Origin: Aplysia californica
Lineage: Eukaryota
DNA length: 64,000 bases
Direction: 5' to 3'
Assembly: GCF_000002075.1 (NCBI RefSeq)
Contig: NW_004797283.1
Coordinates: 1,021,581-1,085,580, forward strand
The notes beneath the pieces are model-generated. The model was not told where the DNA came from. It saw nothing but the letters and a program-made list of their open reading frames with translations, and did not search any database. The translations under genes and the position numbers were made by a program. Shown here piece after piece: positions 26,401 through 41,223 of the stretch. The first letter of the stretch is position 1; the number at the start of each line of letters is the position of its first letter.

Positions 26401-29400
26401 TTTTCTCTGCCTTTTTAAAGTCATTCTGGTGTTTACGTTTTGCAAGGGCATATGATCATCTGCAAGAATAGACCTGTTTTTATTGATCGCTTGCAAGCCT
26501 AGCAGTATACTAATATAATCACCAGCGAATTTGATACCAATATGCGCTTTTTTTGTTTTCAAAACGAGTCCACTGTGGTTAAGGCTAAATTTCTTTACAG
26601 AAAAATTAGAATCAAATGACCAGTGGGATGTACATGTAACGTCTTTTAAGCAACCATGAACAACAAATTTAGCTTATTTCCATGATGTCCATGGTACAGC
26701 ACAAAGCTAAAAATAGCACATTTTCATGATGAACTAGCTATGTAATAAGGCAACAAAGGAGTTGAGGGGAAGAAAACTACTGTTTCCTTTGAAATAAAAT
26801 TTATAGGTAATTTTTTTTCCAGTAGATTTGAACAGCTCCAAGCTGAAACTTGTTGTACCCCAATTGCTTTGAAAATTGAGAAAATTATACTCTTACAAAG
26901 AGTGCCTATTTAACACAACGCAGATTTCAACTCCTCAAAAGTGGTTGAAGACAAGTTGCAACCAAATAAAGTCTTTCTTTTTTGTGATTTTAAATGTCCT
27001 GACAGTGTTCTGCTTATTTCTTAAGGTAAATGGTATTACAAATATGGCAATAAGAAGACAGAAATCTTTTCGTAATGTACAAAGTTTGCTATGTATGTGT
27101 TTAAGATAAAAAGGAAATACATATATAGGTGTAAGAAAAAATTCGGGACCTGAAAATCTGTTTGCTATCTGCATGTTTTGCAATGTGCGTGTTTGCTATA
27201 AATAGTGTGGGTTTAACGCCCCATCAACATTATTAGGTTATTTAAGAGGCAGGACATCCAAGTTTTGACGTCCGTCTACGAAAGGGCCGAGCCAAGTGAA
27301 AAATTTGTGTAAAGTGCCTTTTCCAAGGACACAACGTCGGACAGAGCTGAGGCTCGGACCCCCACACCCTCCTTGACTGTATTCAGCTGGAAGCCATAAA
27401 GTTCAGTTTTAGGTGTTGCAAAAGTTCAAATCTTCCTTTTAAACTGTTCATTTCATAAAAGATTTTACTTTAAATTTCAGTAGTTTTAAGTGAACTCATT
27501 TGTACTTGCAGATATTGGGACTTACTGCCTCTCTTGGTGTTGGAAATGCCCAGACAATAGATGGGGCGTATGAGAATATAGTGAAAGTTTGTGGGAATCT
27601 TGATGTCAGAAAAATTTCCACTGTCTCAAAACATGTTTCTGAGCTGCAAAAGCATACGCCAGTACCCACCGAAGGTAACTCCTTTGATAATCCATAGTGT
27701 GTCATATTTCTGTTCTTTGATCTCTTTTTAGAGGCTTTCGTGGTACTTACCCGTGTTTACTTGTGTGAAATATTTGTTGCTTTGTCATGAACTTTTTCTG
27801 AACAAAAATTATCCAGTTTCCAATTTTGACAATGATCATCAATTAGTTTTGCTGTTTTGAATGTTTCAGAACTTCATTGAAGTTTTTTGCATAGCCGGAA
27901 TATTTATTCCAGCCCATTTATTTTCATCAAAATATTCTCAGCTCACAGAAGGAGTATTAAAAAAAGCTTGTGTTCAGTCATTTGTATTGGTTCAAAGTGT
28001 CCTAACATCAAGTGTCAAATCGCTGTGAGTTTTTGTAAATGGCTGTTGCAACAAAATATTTTTTTTTTAATGGTTGATTTTGAAAAAACATTATTTTATA
28101 TGATTTTGTTCATGGTAAAAGACAAAACCAGAACTTTGAATAATAAAATCACATGAAAAGTCATCTTGGAATATCATGTTTGAGTCTCTGCAACCAGAAA
28201 CTTCATTGTCTCCTACAATATAATAGGTTATGCAAAGAAAACTGTCGTTGTGTGTATGAAACCTGAGTTTTCAGGTATTCAAGACAGAAGAAAACTCTTG
28301 TACAGGTAATTTTAAGTGATGTCGATACTCCTCTTGGAATTTTTAGACTATTAGTCTTTTGAAATGAGAGTGTTTAATGTTTCAACAAACGACATTTTCT
28401 AGATTCATTGTTAACCATGAATTCTTAATTGTTTCTATTCACAGAGAATGTGAATTTACAACGAAGAGGACTGGATAATTTTGTGGAAAACATGAATAGC
28501 TACATGACAAAAATAGAAAAAAGAATCAAACGACTTGCCGAAGGTAAATGTCTTTCCGTAAAACTCCAGTGGACAGGTTGTTTGTGAGCTCATACTCAGC
28601 TGTAATGTAGAGCGATGTTATTTACACAACATTTGGGTGGGTAGTCACTGGAGTGTGCCACAATAACTTTTTAACCTTTACTCAAAGCCAGGGCACTGAA
28701 TAACCGTAAGCATCAATAATGTGCTACTGTTTCAATTAAATGGTATTATATTTAACTTTTATTATGCCTATCAATGTAAAACAATCTCTCTTTTGTTACT
28801 GATTATGGTGCCTTTTCTTTGATTTTTTTTTTTTTTTTTGTTCTTGCTTCACAACAGCAGACAATATAGATCTGGGAGCTGGCATTGTTATGAGAACCAT
28901 CAAGTTAAGTTAGACGATGGTTCACTCCACAATGAATGTAGCCTTTTTCAATTATTTAAGCGCAGCCCATACTTTATTCTTTCACACACCGTTATTCCCC
29001 TACCTCTTTACCATTTCAAGCCTTTGCACACGACTGCCAAGCAGTCTCTTGAAGTGACATGTGCCAGTGCATCGGCATCATCTCCTTTTTGTTAGTTTTA
29101 GTTAGAGTTTTATGGCACTTACAACACAATAAGGTCATATAAGTGACAAAAAGATTAGAGGTGTTACAATAGAGTAACAAACATAAAAAAGGAGGAGAGA
29201 TCAGGACGATAGATGTTTGATAGAAAAGAAGGAGCAAACCCCACCAGAGCACCCGCCAACCACCCACCATCATCTCCTGAATAACTACTATGTATATATA
29301 TGTCTTTCTTTCTATGATTCATGGTACGAAAAGAGTTACGGAAGTTTAATCTGCTTTTCCCTTTTTAGAAATCTTTTTTCTTAGTTAAATAAATGCCAGT

Positions 29401-32400
29401 TTGAGATGTCTCTGTCTTCTTTGTGTGCAGGTTTTCAAAGTCACATTTTTGTTTACACTGTTATTTTTGGTATAATTGTTTGCAACCAGTTAACTTTCAG
29501 AATGCTTTTATTTCACAAGTCTTTGGTCAGAAAAACAACAGTGCCTTAAATGTATTCTAAAAAATGACTACATAACAACTTTTCTTTAATGGAAACATTG
29601 ATTACAAAATTACTTCACTGCTGAGGGAGACTACTTTGAGCAATAGGTGAAAAATTAATTAAATCTGAGGTTTTGTTTTCAAGTTGCTTGAACAGTTTCA
29701 TTCATTTTGAAAACCCCCTCATACTGTCAGAAAATCAATGTATAGGCCCTAATGGTATAATTCCTCTATTGCTACTGTTCTCAACCTATCACTTTGTTGT
29801 CAGGATTGTCCAGGGAGTTTTTAAGGTTTAATCTTTGACAAAAGAATACATAGCTGATATCATTACACAATGTTCCTCACTTTCTACTGCTATAAACTCA
29901 TTTAATCACATAAACCAACAAAGTTTGTAATCCCAGTCTTCTTAATTTTTAGCCATCCCAGAGAAAAGATAGATACATATTTCCCTGAACTTTGTTTTTA
30001 CTGTAAGAATTGGATGTGTGACCGACTTTTTAAAATTCCCAACAATTCAGTTGTAGTGATATGTTTGATTATTCTTTTTTCAGGCTTAAGTTGTGGAGGT
30101 GTTCATGAAGAACTTAACATGTTGCCACCAGACAAAAAACTTCAAGCCTACAGGCAACGAATTGTCCTTGTGAGACAAGCTGTAGAAACTTGCAAACCCC
30201 AAGAAGACCGCATTAAAGATAAAGGGTTGCTTATCTCCCTGACAAGGCGACTAGAGGTAAGCTGGGCTGCCTATTTTTACCGATTTTCCCAGCAGTTGCC
30301 AATTTTTCATCTGTTCTACTACCATGCCAATGAAGTTATCAAGACTACCGAATTTGTGATGGGCACCATGATGAAAAGGAAAAAAATGGCTCATTTTACA
30401 GTGCTTCCAATCTTCCCTGTTTTTACGGAAATCCATGTATTCTGAAAGGTCCATACTTGCCATCACATTATAGATCTGTCATTTTAAATATTTGGGGACC
30501 ATTATATCATCAGATGGGAGATGTCCCACCAAAATTAAAAGTCGCTTTTGCACAGCTAAAGCAACCTTCCACAAAATGAAACAGATATTCACAAACATCA
30601 ATCTGTCACTGGAAACGAGAAAAGGAGTACTGAAAAGTTACATCGAGCCAATCCTATTATACGGGTGCAAAGCATGGACAATCAATAAACAGCTGGAAAG
30701 AACAATTGTGGTGACAGAGTTGTGGTTCATAAGACGCATGCTACGTATCCCATTGACAGCTAGAAAAAGAAATGAAGAAGTCTTGGTTGAAGCAAACTGC
30801 AGAAGAGAGCTTATGACGAATATAATAAAGCGACAGGCAAATTTCTTCGGACACACAATGCTGAAAGAAACTTTGGAGAATATTGTAACAACAGGTAAGT
30901 TTGATGGAAAGAGAGGCAGAGGCAGACAGAGGGAAAAGATACTGGACAAGCTGACAACATGGCTAGGAGCAGTAAGAACAACAGACACCATTGCTGCAAC
31001 GCAAGACAGAGTGAAGTGGAGGTCCATGGTCGCCCACGCCAGTCGGCAAGGCACCGGATGATGATGAGGTCTAGAGAAATTGTCAGTATAAGGATTCTAC
31101 AGGAGCAGGATAAGACAGCAGTAGAAGAAATTAATGCTAGGATTTATTAAATAAGTGGAAGTGTTCTGAGGTTGTGACATTTAACATTCAAACTTGTAAA
31201 TGAAGAAAAATTAGCGTATGCACTTGGTGATTGTATCACGAAGATTGATGCTCCCAGGTTTGCCTACTGCCGACTGTAAATGATACGATGACAAATTGAA
31301 TTATAGTGGCAACACAGAAAATGCCATTCTCAACCCTCAAACACTACTAAATTTAATCTATTTAGAAGTTAGAGGCAAGCTTTAGGGGCTATAATGAGAC
31401 ATAGTGCGCCAGGTTTAGGTGACCATAGAAAAAAACTCCGGAAAATGGTGGAAATAACTATCAAGGTCTAAAGAGTTAAAACTAGATCTGTGATTCGACA
31501 TAATCTTTTAAATTCAACACTTATTATTTAGTTGTTGATGTCAGAGATTGATAGATTTTCAACGTCACTATGTCCCACGCTCCTTTCAGTCCTACCAACT
31601 CTGGCACTCATTACATGCTCTCTACTATTTTCACTTTTTGCTCTGCCTTGAGGTCCATCTATAAAGTTTTTCCTTCATTAAGTTTTGTCTTACATGGTTT
31701 TGGAATCCATGGTTTTGACAGTTGATGTTCTGGTCTTTCCACAAGCCAATATTAGGATTCATTTTTGTTTTATAGTAAGGGGAGAACTATTTTAAATTAT
31801 CTTGTGAACCTAAGTCGCATAGGACTTCTCGGTGCCCTGTTGCATGTCACTGTCATAAAATGTTTTAATATTGTCTTTATTGGCTCGACCTATGGACTTC
31901 ATCTGTTGTACTATGTTATGTAACTTACTCAGTTGCAGTTTTCAGTTGTATGTACATTCCATCATAATGCCAGTACAAAGACCATACAAACAGGTCATGT
32001 TTGGCTCCAGAGGTCATTGGTCCAGACTGGCCTCAGATGTTAAACAAGTCCCTACTACAGTTAGACAATTAAAAAACCATTACTACAGTTAGACAATAAA
32101 CAAATCATTACTTTAGTAAGACAATAAACATACCATTACTACAGTTAAACAATAAACAAATTATTACCACTATTAGACAATAAACAAATCTTCACTACAG
32201 TTAGACAATAAACGAATCATTACTTTAGTAAGACAAATCATTATTTTAGTAAGACAATTAACAAATCATTACTTTAGTGAGACAATAAACAAATCCGTAC
32301 TACAGTTTGACAATAAACAAATTATTACCACAGGTAGACAATAAACAAATCATTACTTTAGTAAGACAATTAATAAATCATTACAACAGTTGGACAATAA

Positions 32401-35400
32401 ACAAGCCATTACTAGAGTTAGACAATAAACAAATCATTGCTAGAGTTAGACAGTAAACAAATCATTTCCACAGCTAAAAAATAAGCAGATCATTTCAACA
32501 GTGAGACAATGAACACACCATTGCTACAGCTAGACAATAAACAAATCATTTCAACAGTGAGACATTGAATAGATCATTGTTATAGAAATATCATTAACAT
32601 ATTTTTGCGACAGAAATGTTATAAACAGTTCATTGCTGCAGAAGTACATTAAACAAATCGTTGCCACAGAAATACAATAAACACATTATTTGATAGATAG
32701 ATTGTTTAATACTTACATATACAAATAGGTAGTGTGGACAATGTGCAATACACATGCCAACAAGCTCAATAGGTTTCATCTCTCTAGTCTCTTGTCTGAG
32801 AAGAGTTCTGGAATTCACTGGAGGGATAAGATACTGAAGTTCTTGAGAGGGCAAAAGCCTGTAGTATCTTCTGCCTCCAGGCAAAAATCCAGCTTAGATG
32901 GGCAAGGCGCTTGGTTTGAATGCCAAGCACCCCAAGCCATTTCCTACTCAGAACTGGTATGTGGAAAGACAGAACATTGGTGCCCGTAAAAAGAGACATA
33001 AAGACACTCTAAAGACCTCTCTGAAAGATTGCACCATCGATGTGAATGAGTGGGCAACCCTCTTTTGACAGATCACAGCGACATAAAACTATACCAATAT
33101 GGCAGCAAGGTTTTTAAACAAGAGTTTGTAAAGTAGAGGCAGCCAGAAAGGCAAGCAAATCAAGACAATCAAATCCTGACATTGACAAGTGCTCTGTTTG
33201 TGGAAAATTCTCAAAAAGAATAATGTTATAAGGTCACAAGCAAATTCATAGGAAGATTTAACCATCTATGTTTAGGTAGACAGGCATACCACTTTAAGAA
33301 AGAGAAAGGCAATGCTACCTATGGTGGCTTGTCACATCTGTGATTATTACCAGCTGCCTGCTATTATTTCCTTCACTTTTGTCTACAACTTGTCTTCCTC
33401 CTTGAGTATTAAAGCCTAATTAAAGGTCATCATCACTTCCTAATAGACAAACTATTGTTATAACTTTGTATGAATATGATTCCTCAGGTTTGCAGTGAAG
33501 CTCTGGACCTGTATGATTTGGCAGATACACAGGAAGTTCAGAAGTTCCTACTCAAAAAAATCATGGATGTACCAGATGAGAATTTAAGAGGTTGGTTGTA
33601 TTAAGTCTTTTCAGACATTGGTCTAGTCATTGAAGCTTATCCAACACCTAACTCCTGTGTGTCTGCATTTGGACCTAGTGTAGTTCTATGTTTTTGTTAA
33701 TTTGCTCAAGCTGTCACAGTTACGCACTTCTCCATTGTACACGAAAGAATGAATAACGAACTGCGTTCGTGGGCTAGTTGCTTGCATGTAAATGTCATAC
33801 CTGTCAGTAAGAGTAGTGAGGTGAATAGCTAGCCCTATGCAGTGCCTTTTCTGCTACAGTTAGAAATACTTCACATAATATGCGCAAGAGATGTCCCTTC
33901 ATAATGTAAATGCAATCCAAGTGTCTACAGATCATGAATATTTGTTTCTGATTTCCTGTCTTTCCCTTATCAAATTTGGACTTGTGAAATGTAGAAAGAT
34001 AATAAAATGCTAATTGTATATAGTTTCTTTATCAGACCATTTGATTTTTTGAGAATTAAAGAGAAGTCAAACTCATTCTGTTGATATGTAAGTGTACTTT
34101 ATAAGGTGTTGTGTGTTCACTGATTGAGAAGGGTAACTACTTGCCTGTGTTTTCCTTCCATTCTCAAGAGACTACAAATACTGGCTTGGGAGTGAGTAGA
34201 GCCTGACTTCACAGCAGTATGCTCCTAGTTAGTGACAATGCTGTGTGTATGATAGAATTTGGAATTTTAAGATGTTGACACTAAACCCTAATGGATCTTT
34301 TTAACAAGAAAACAAATTATATTATAGCACTATATCAGAGTAAAGAAGTGAGGAAGAATGCGAAACTGGTACACGAAAGTAAACAGCAGTCTTTTATTTC
34401 AGAGCAGCATATGATTGCATGCTATTTTTCCTTAAGAAGGGTTACACCACGAGATGATGTGCAGTGTTCCTTAATATTGCTGCAACTCAGCCATTGGATG
34501 ATGCAGGACTTTGAACTTACCATTTCCGTTACTTCAACTTTAGAATTATATATTATATAATATATCTCTTATATAATATCACTCTTATATCTGGTTTCGT
34601 TATCCATGAGATGAGAGCTCTCATAAGCTTACCTGTTTCTTAAAATTTAACAGAAACGTGTTATGTTTTGGGGGTTTTCTTTCAGAACTGCATGAATTTT
34701 TTAAGGTTAGCAAAAAGTTGAGGAAGCTTCATAATTTCTTTTGCACCTTGGATTTTTTTTCCTCTCATGCATGTTAGCATGAGTCCCTTTATATGTGTTC
34801 CAACACAGTGGAATCAAGTGTGTGTCAATTTTGGGCATATGGAGTTGTTGACATATTCTTAAACTTAAAGCCTGTTTACACATCTAATTGCCTCTACTCC
34901 TCAAGACAACAATTAGAACAAACATGCAACTATTACCGAATGGCATCATGCATAAGAGTTAACGCTCAGATGCTACTGGATAGCTAACAACAACAACAAC
35001 AACAACAACAAGCCTGTTTACTTGCCTTGCTTTTAATGAAAAAACACCTATCAGTCTTGAACAGAAGTTCCGATATTTGCAATTAAAGGAGGCAGGGGTC
35101 ACCTGGTGTCAGGTAAAATCAGAAAAAAAATGGCTGCCAAAGTTTTGTGACTTCTAAAGTTTGTCAGTTTGAGTTTGGAGACTGAAAATGTATGTTTTGT
35201 GTGTCTTTAATCAACATTTTTCCATAAATTCCACACAGAAATGTGTTTTTGAATAACCACACAAGGTGTTGGGCTACCCCCCCCCCCCCCAAAAAAAAAT
35301 GGTTTTAATATTGCCCAGGGGGTGGGAAAATGTTAGTTTCTAAGCTTTCATTATTTTGACGAGCACCTGATTTCACCACAGTGCCTCTTGTCCTGACTTT

Positions 35401-38400
35401 AGAATTGTTTTTGTATTACCTGTATTACCTGTCCTGGGCAACAACGTCATTGCACACCGGACAGGTCCATAAGTGCTCAGTTCCCCCCAGCACCAAAGTC
35501 CGCAAGGTGTCCATACTGATTGTTCCGGTGGCAGTCTGATTATGGGGACGTCTTTCCTTTCCAGATAATCGTTCCTTTCTTCCTTCTCCCCTCTCTTACA
35601 ATTGTTATTGTATACTATGTCATCAAAAGCACTATTTATTTTGTCACTGCTTGTTCACCCACTAGCTCATGGTTATGTCTTAGTGGATGGTTGGTGGAGG
35701 GCACCTCTGGTAGGTCTTACTCCTTTTCTATCCTTCTGTTATTTCTGTTATCTGTCTTACTTTTTCCAAAAACAAAAGTACCGTTATTGTGTTGATGTGC
35801 ATCTTTCAACAAACAAACGTTTATATCTGAAATTGTAACACAGGGTGATCAAAGCTGGTGGCTTCACCTAGTGACTTGCAGACAAACAATGAGTCTTTTT
35901 CACCAGCAGGAGGACTATGTTAAGCTAAATACCAACCGCTGGGTTTCACGCATAGAAGGCAGTTGTTAGATTTCCTAACTCACTTGGTTTCCTATTATGC
36001 TATGGCCACGGCTTGTCCTCTCAAGAAATACCGTACCATCGTAGAAATTCTTCTTGTGTTGACTTGTAAGTTGATGTTCTATCAAAGTAAGAGTCTTTCT
36101 AAACAATTTTTGTGTTAAGTTGAAAAACTCTTAAAATTCTTAAGATTATGACTCGTTTGACTAAACTACTTGATGAGCTGATTCCAAAACTGAAGTGGGT
36201 CTTCATACTTAGTCTTTCTTGCCTAGGTGGGAGATATTATTTTGTAGATGGTTTGCAGGTGCTCTAGTATGGTTTGCTCCTTTTTTCCTATCAAACAGCC
36301 ATCATCTTTATCTCTCCTCCTTTTTTGTGTTTGTTACTCGCTTATATATCACCTCTAATCTTTGGTATTTATATGACCTAATTGTGTTGCAAGTGGCATA
36401 AAACTCTTACTAAAACAAAAAAAACCAATGTCCTTTCTTTTATAATCATTTGTGCCTCTTTCGTTGTCCTATACGCAGGTCTTTCTGACAGGGAATGTTT
36501 GATCTGAGCTTAATCCAGTCTATCTTTATTCTCTCATGTTACCAAGAATTACCGGAGATGGATCCTGCCTCAGCTTCACCAAACAAAAATCTTCAAAACC
36601 TTGAGAAAGTTCTACAAGAACATTTGGTTGAAAAAAGTCAGTCTTCACGATGCATAATTTTTGTGTCCACCCGAGCTTTGGCAAAAGCTCTCACAGGCTG
36701 GATGAATAGGTTGAACCCATCTGTCCGTCATCTGAAGGCAGCTGTGTTTTCTGGGACTTCTGCTTCTAAAGACAAAGATGGTAAGATATTTGTTCGTTTT
36801 GTTTCCACTGAAATTTTAATCCTTTCTTGAAGCAGAAACAGTTGTCTGGATGGTTGAGTTGTCAATTTCTTTCTCATAAACTGCTGCTCTATTTATTTTA
36901 CATCCATAACCATTAGTTTGAAAAAGAATATCTACCTTGTTGTGTTTACAACACCTAAACAGGCATGATTCCTATAGATCTACAGTTGAGCCTGTCCAAA
37001 ATGACCACCCATGGGCAAGGAGAAAAATGGTCCTCTTGGTAAGTGTGAGTGGAAAAAAGTTGTCTTGGACAGATGGTCATTAGAGCAGGTTCGACTGTAT
37101 ATCTAAATCCCATGACAACATCCTCTGCTCGGGAAGAATTTGCATATACTCGTGTATATATATATAATATATATTGCCCCCCCCCCCCTTTTTTTTTGTT
37201 GAGAGGAGATGCTTTGGATCAAATACACTTTGTACAGTTTCTGGTTAAGTATCATTTGCTAATCTTCTTTCAGCTATAGCTTGTTCACTTTCGTCTCCAT
37301 GCTTCAAAAAATTCTAGCTAACTTATTAATTAACCTATGCCAATGACAGTTTGCATGACAGTTCTACAGATCAATGACCAAACGAAAATATGTGGGGGGG
37401 GGGGGGGGTTTATAGTGATCCAGTAATAAAAATGTTTCACTATTTGGACCCTACATGAAAAAACTTTGGATGCATGCACAGGATCACTAAAAGATCTACA
37501 GTACTTTACCCTACAAATTGCTCATTTTGAGATGGTGACACCTCCCTGCTCCCATATTTCAGTGAAAGCTTGTAGATATTGTACCACGACTGTCTGACTG
37601 TCTAGACGTCTCCATGTAAGTCTCTAAAAGTACTCACCCCGTCTGTTGGACCGTGTTTCATAGCTGTGCGTCAAAATGTGGTATTGATGAAAATTAAAAC
37701 TTTTTTGTGTTTTAAGTATGTGCTGTATTTCCCCTATTATTGTGTCAATCCGCGTTAGACTAGCATAAAAAAAACCGTTCCCCCCACTGACTGAAGTGTC
37801 TTTAGGCCATTCCCAAAGGAGGGACATTTCTCGTTCTTATAAAATGCACAGTATAATTGTAGATGGGCTGATTCAACAATGTCACGCTCCTAACTGTGCC
37901 TGAACTACAACGGGGAACTGCTGCTTTTTATTTCCTAATCCTTTCTGTCGTTATATTCCTTTAATTCTTTTGTATGTTTGTCACTCTCTTGTGACTCACT
38001 ATTTCCGAGATGCCTTGAAAGTCAAAACACACTTTGCGCTGTTGAAGCTAGAGAGGTGAGCAGAGTAAGCTGATTCCATGTAAAGACTTCTCTTTTGACA
38101 TCCCCGCTTGGCGCTCATATGACCTTATGCCGTCGCGAGCTCCGTAAAACCTCTACTAAATAAAAATGAATAAAAGAAAACGTGTTGGAACCTTAGTTTA
38201 CAGAGACCTTCATTAATTAGCTTTTAGGTTCTGTTGGTCATCCAACTTTTAGACCCACGTATGCAAAGACCTGAGAAAGATTAAATAAACAAAGATGATT
38301 TGTTTTTATCTATTTTAACCATGATTAGACGAAAGTGAACAAGCTATAGGATACTTTTTATCTTTACAGGCACAAGTAAGATTGAGCAGAACCTACTTCT

Positions 38401-41186
38401 CAAGTCTTTTCGTGAAGGGGAAGTGAATGTACTGGTTGCTACAACCGTGGCAGAAGAAGGACTGGATATTACTGAATGCAGTTTAGTCATAATGTACAAC
38501 CATGTTGGAAATGAAGTGTCACGGATTCAGAGAATGGGTATTATTTACTATTATGCCTTTACTGTACTTTCTTCTTGTTTTATCACTTTACCAATACTCA
38601 AGCTTTTCTCTTTGTATTTTATATCTGGTGAAGAACTAATATTTTTCCATACCCTCTTATAATACCATGTTTGTAATACACAGCACACCAGCAGTGAAAT
38701 TTTTGTTTCAGCCGGGGGGGGGGGGGGGGGGGGCTCCCCGCCTAGCACCTTATCACATCGGGGTCACGGGGGTCAGCTCCCTGCCACTGCTCTGGCTGGG
38801 CAGACTTAATTTTTTATTCTTTCCAACTTAAAGGGAGATGTACACTCCCGGAAAAATGTTCTAAACGAATGACTTTTATTCACTTTCATTTAATTATGCA
38901 AGAAGTTCATAGGTAAATAGGATGTACTAAGGGTGAATTTGTTGATTTTTTCTGAAAAATGGCTCTGTAGTGGCCACAAGTACAAACCTATGTGGACTGG
39001 GGATCCATGTTAGGATTTTGAGCTATCTTCAAAACTGAAAAAGTGAGCCCAAAGTCAATGGAGAGTCAGTTGATGAAATTTTGCGGTACATATTACTAAA
39101 AAATTTAGATATTTAGTTACCAATGTTTCCTAATTCCCTCACACAGATCCCCAGAATAGGTTTTAAAGCACATGTATGCCAAATTTGAAGCTTCTAGCTT
39201 TAGAAGTTTTTGAAAACTCCTTGCACCAGGGAGGTCACATATGTCAAAAAGTAGATTTTGAGAAAAACAGCAAAAACACAGATTTTTTGTGCAATTTGCA
39301 CTTTTCAAACGCTCTTTCAGGTCATTTAGGGTGTTTTTTCAACAGTTTCGTCGTTGTGACCCAATAGAACAGATGTCAAAGGATGTTTTTCTGCAAAAAA
39401 CAAAAGTTGGGTAGTTTGAAAGATTTTATCGATATTGTCTGGGATCGCCGACCCGGGTCTTCCCTCAAAGTTTAAAGTGTATCTTTGCTTTTATGACAAT
39501 TATCATTTAATGCACCCAAAGCTGGCATTTCTGCTCTTCAGACTCAAAAAAGAACAAACATTGTAACTTGTCTTGATATTTTGTCAGATGCGCTGAAGTT
39601 GGCAATGACAAAATGGTAAAAAATTTTAGACAAGTGTGAATGAAGAAAAAAAAATATTTTAAAAAACGGCTTGGCAAAAACTGTCAAACTTGTGGAACAT
39701 GAATGACAGAACATTGATAGAGAAATTCTGAAAAGATCGTATCTGCACAGATACGGTAATAGAAAGCTGTATTTTGGCAATTTTATCCATCTGGCACACA
39801 ATTCGTTAAGAAGTACTTCCTCCACATACAACTTAATAATATGTGTTTAATACAATTGCGAATATTCGCATATTTTCTCGAAAGTTTATTCAATTTACCT
39901 TATTGTGGCTCTACGAAGGAGTACAAATCAATTTTAGTGCCAGAATATGTCTAGTATGCAATACACGAACAGTATCTGTCACACTCCAGAAATTCCTTAC
40001 TTTTCTTAAAATGCTAAGACTAGGTTTTATAAGTTGACTGAATAACAGGGGTGACTTGCAGTAACTGGGTTTTCGGAATAATTTCTAGCTTTCCAATGAG
40101 ACTGAATTAGCACCAGACTTTTCCAGCTTTTACTTTCATTTTCATGACCAATTGCAAAGACTAACAGCTTTCTGATTTTTTTTACATTCATAAGTGCCCA
40201 CACATATTTCCGACGCAAAAACTAAGAATGAATATGTCAGCTGTCATTGATTTTATTCCATACAAGAAGTTTATCTCTACCCAAGCATATTTCCACAGTT
40301 TTGTGGGTTTTTTTAAACTGCATATCATTCTTAGCTGTATGCAGACTGCCACAGACACAGCATAATTCATGAACAAATGCAGAGTACCTTTTTCTTATGT
40401 ATTTAATGGTAAAGTAAGAGTCAACGCTGAGTGTGTCTTGTCAAAAAATGCAGATGTGCCCACAGTATCTATCCGGAGACGTCTCCGACAGAGGTAGACC
40501 AATCAAAATGCTTTGTGCCTCTTGACCAAGCAAAAAAAATCTGGGGGGTTACTGGGGGGGGGGGGGGGGGCATGCCCCCATGTTTTAACCCATAATTTGA
40601 TATTTTGCAGTTAGGTTTGAAATTTTCTTGAAAATAATTTATGACAGTTTTAGTGGTCAAATGTGTGATCTGCAGCAAACAATATGCAGTTTCACCCCCA
40701 AAGCAGCGCATCTGTGTGCGGGAGTACGTCTCCGAATAGTTCCTGGGTGCCTCGCTGGAGACATATCCGAATATCTTCTGCCCTTCCTTCCCGTTCGCAC
40801 CTCGGCATCGATCGATAAAAATGTGTGTTTGGGAATACAAAAACCAGTATGTGTTACACCACTCATCCACCTCTTCATGAGCCTTCGCTCACCATCGGCC
40901 TAGCCTACGTATGGACAATTGGTCAAAGGTCGGAGTTGGCGAGGAGGGCACGGGTCGAGGCATGAGACCGAACTGCCTGACTCCTCCCCCCCCCGCCCCC
41001 CCCCCCCCACTCAAGGACCACATATTATATGTAGGCCTACTGTACTGACTGAATTGATTCAATCGTTGCCAGCCCATCTTTGGTTATCACCTTTTCTTTC
41101 TTTTTTTTAACAAAAAGCCAGGGCACTGCAAAAATTGCAAAGGCACCAAGGCAAATTTCTGCAGTGCCACGGCCTATTTCAAACCC

Positions 41187-41223
<37 letters not shown>

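Noticed and set aside
32040-32570. Regularly spaced 28-bp repeats as a CRISPR array
   Set aside because: Head-to-tail units with no unique spacers, intronic in a eukaryotic gene, no cas genes; it is a minisatellite. The same applies to 400-970.
39490-41190. Possible decayed hAT-type transposase on the minus strand with a CCCTG terminus
   Set aside because: Only a faint, frameshifted resemblance; no matching second TIR or TSD could be established.
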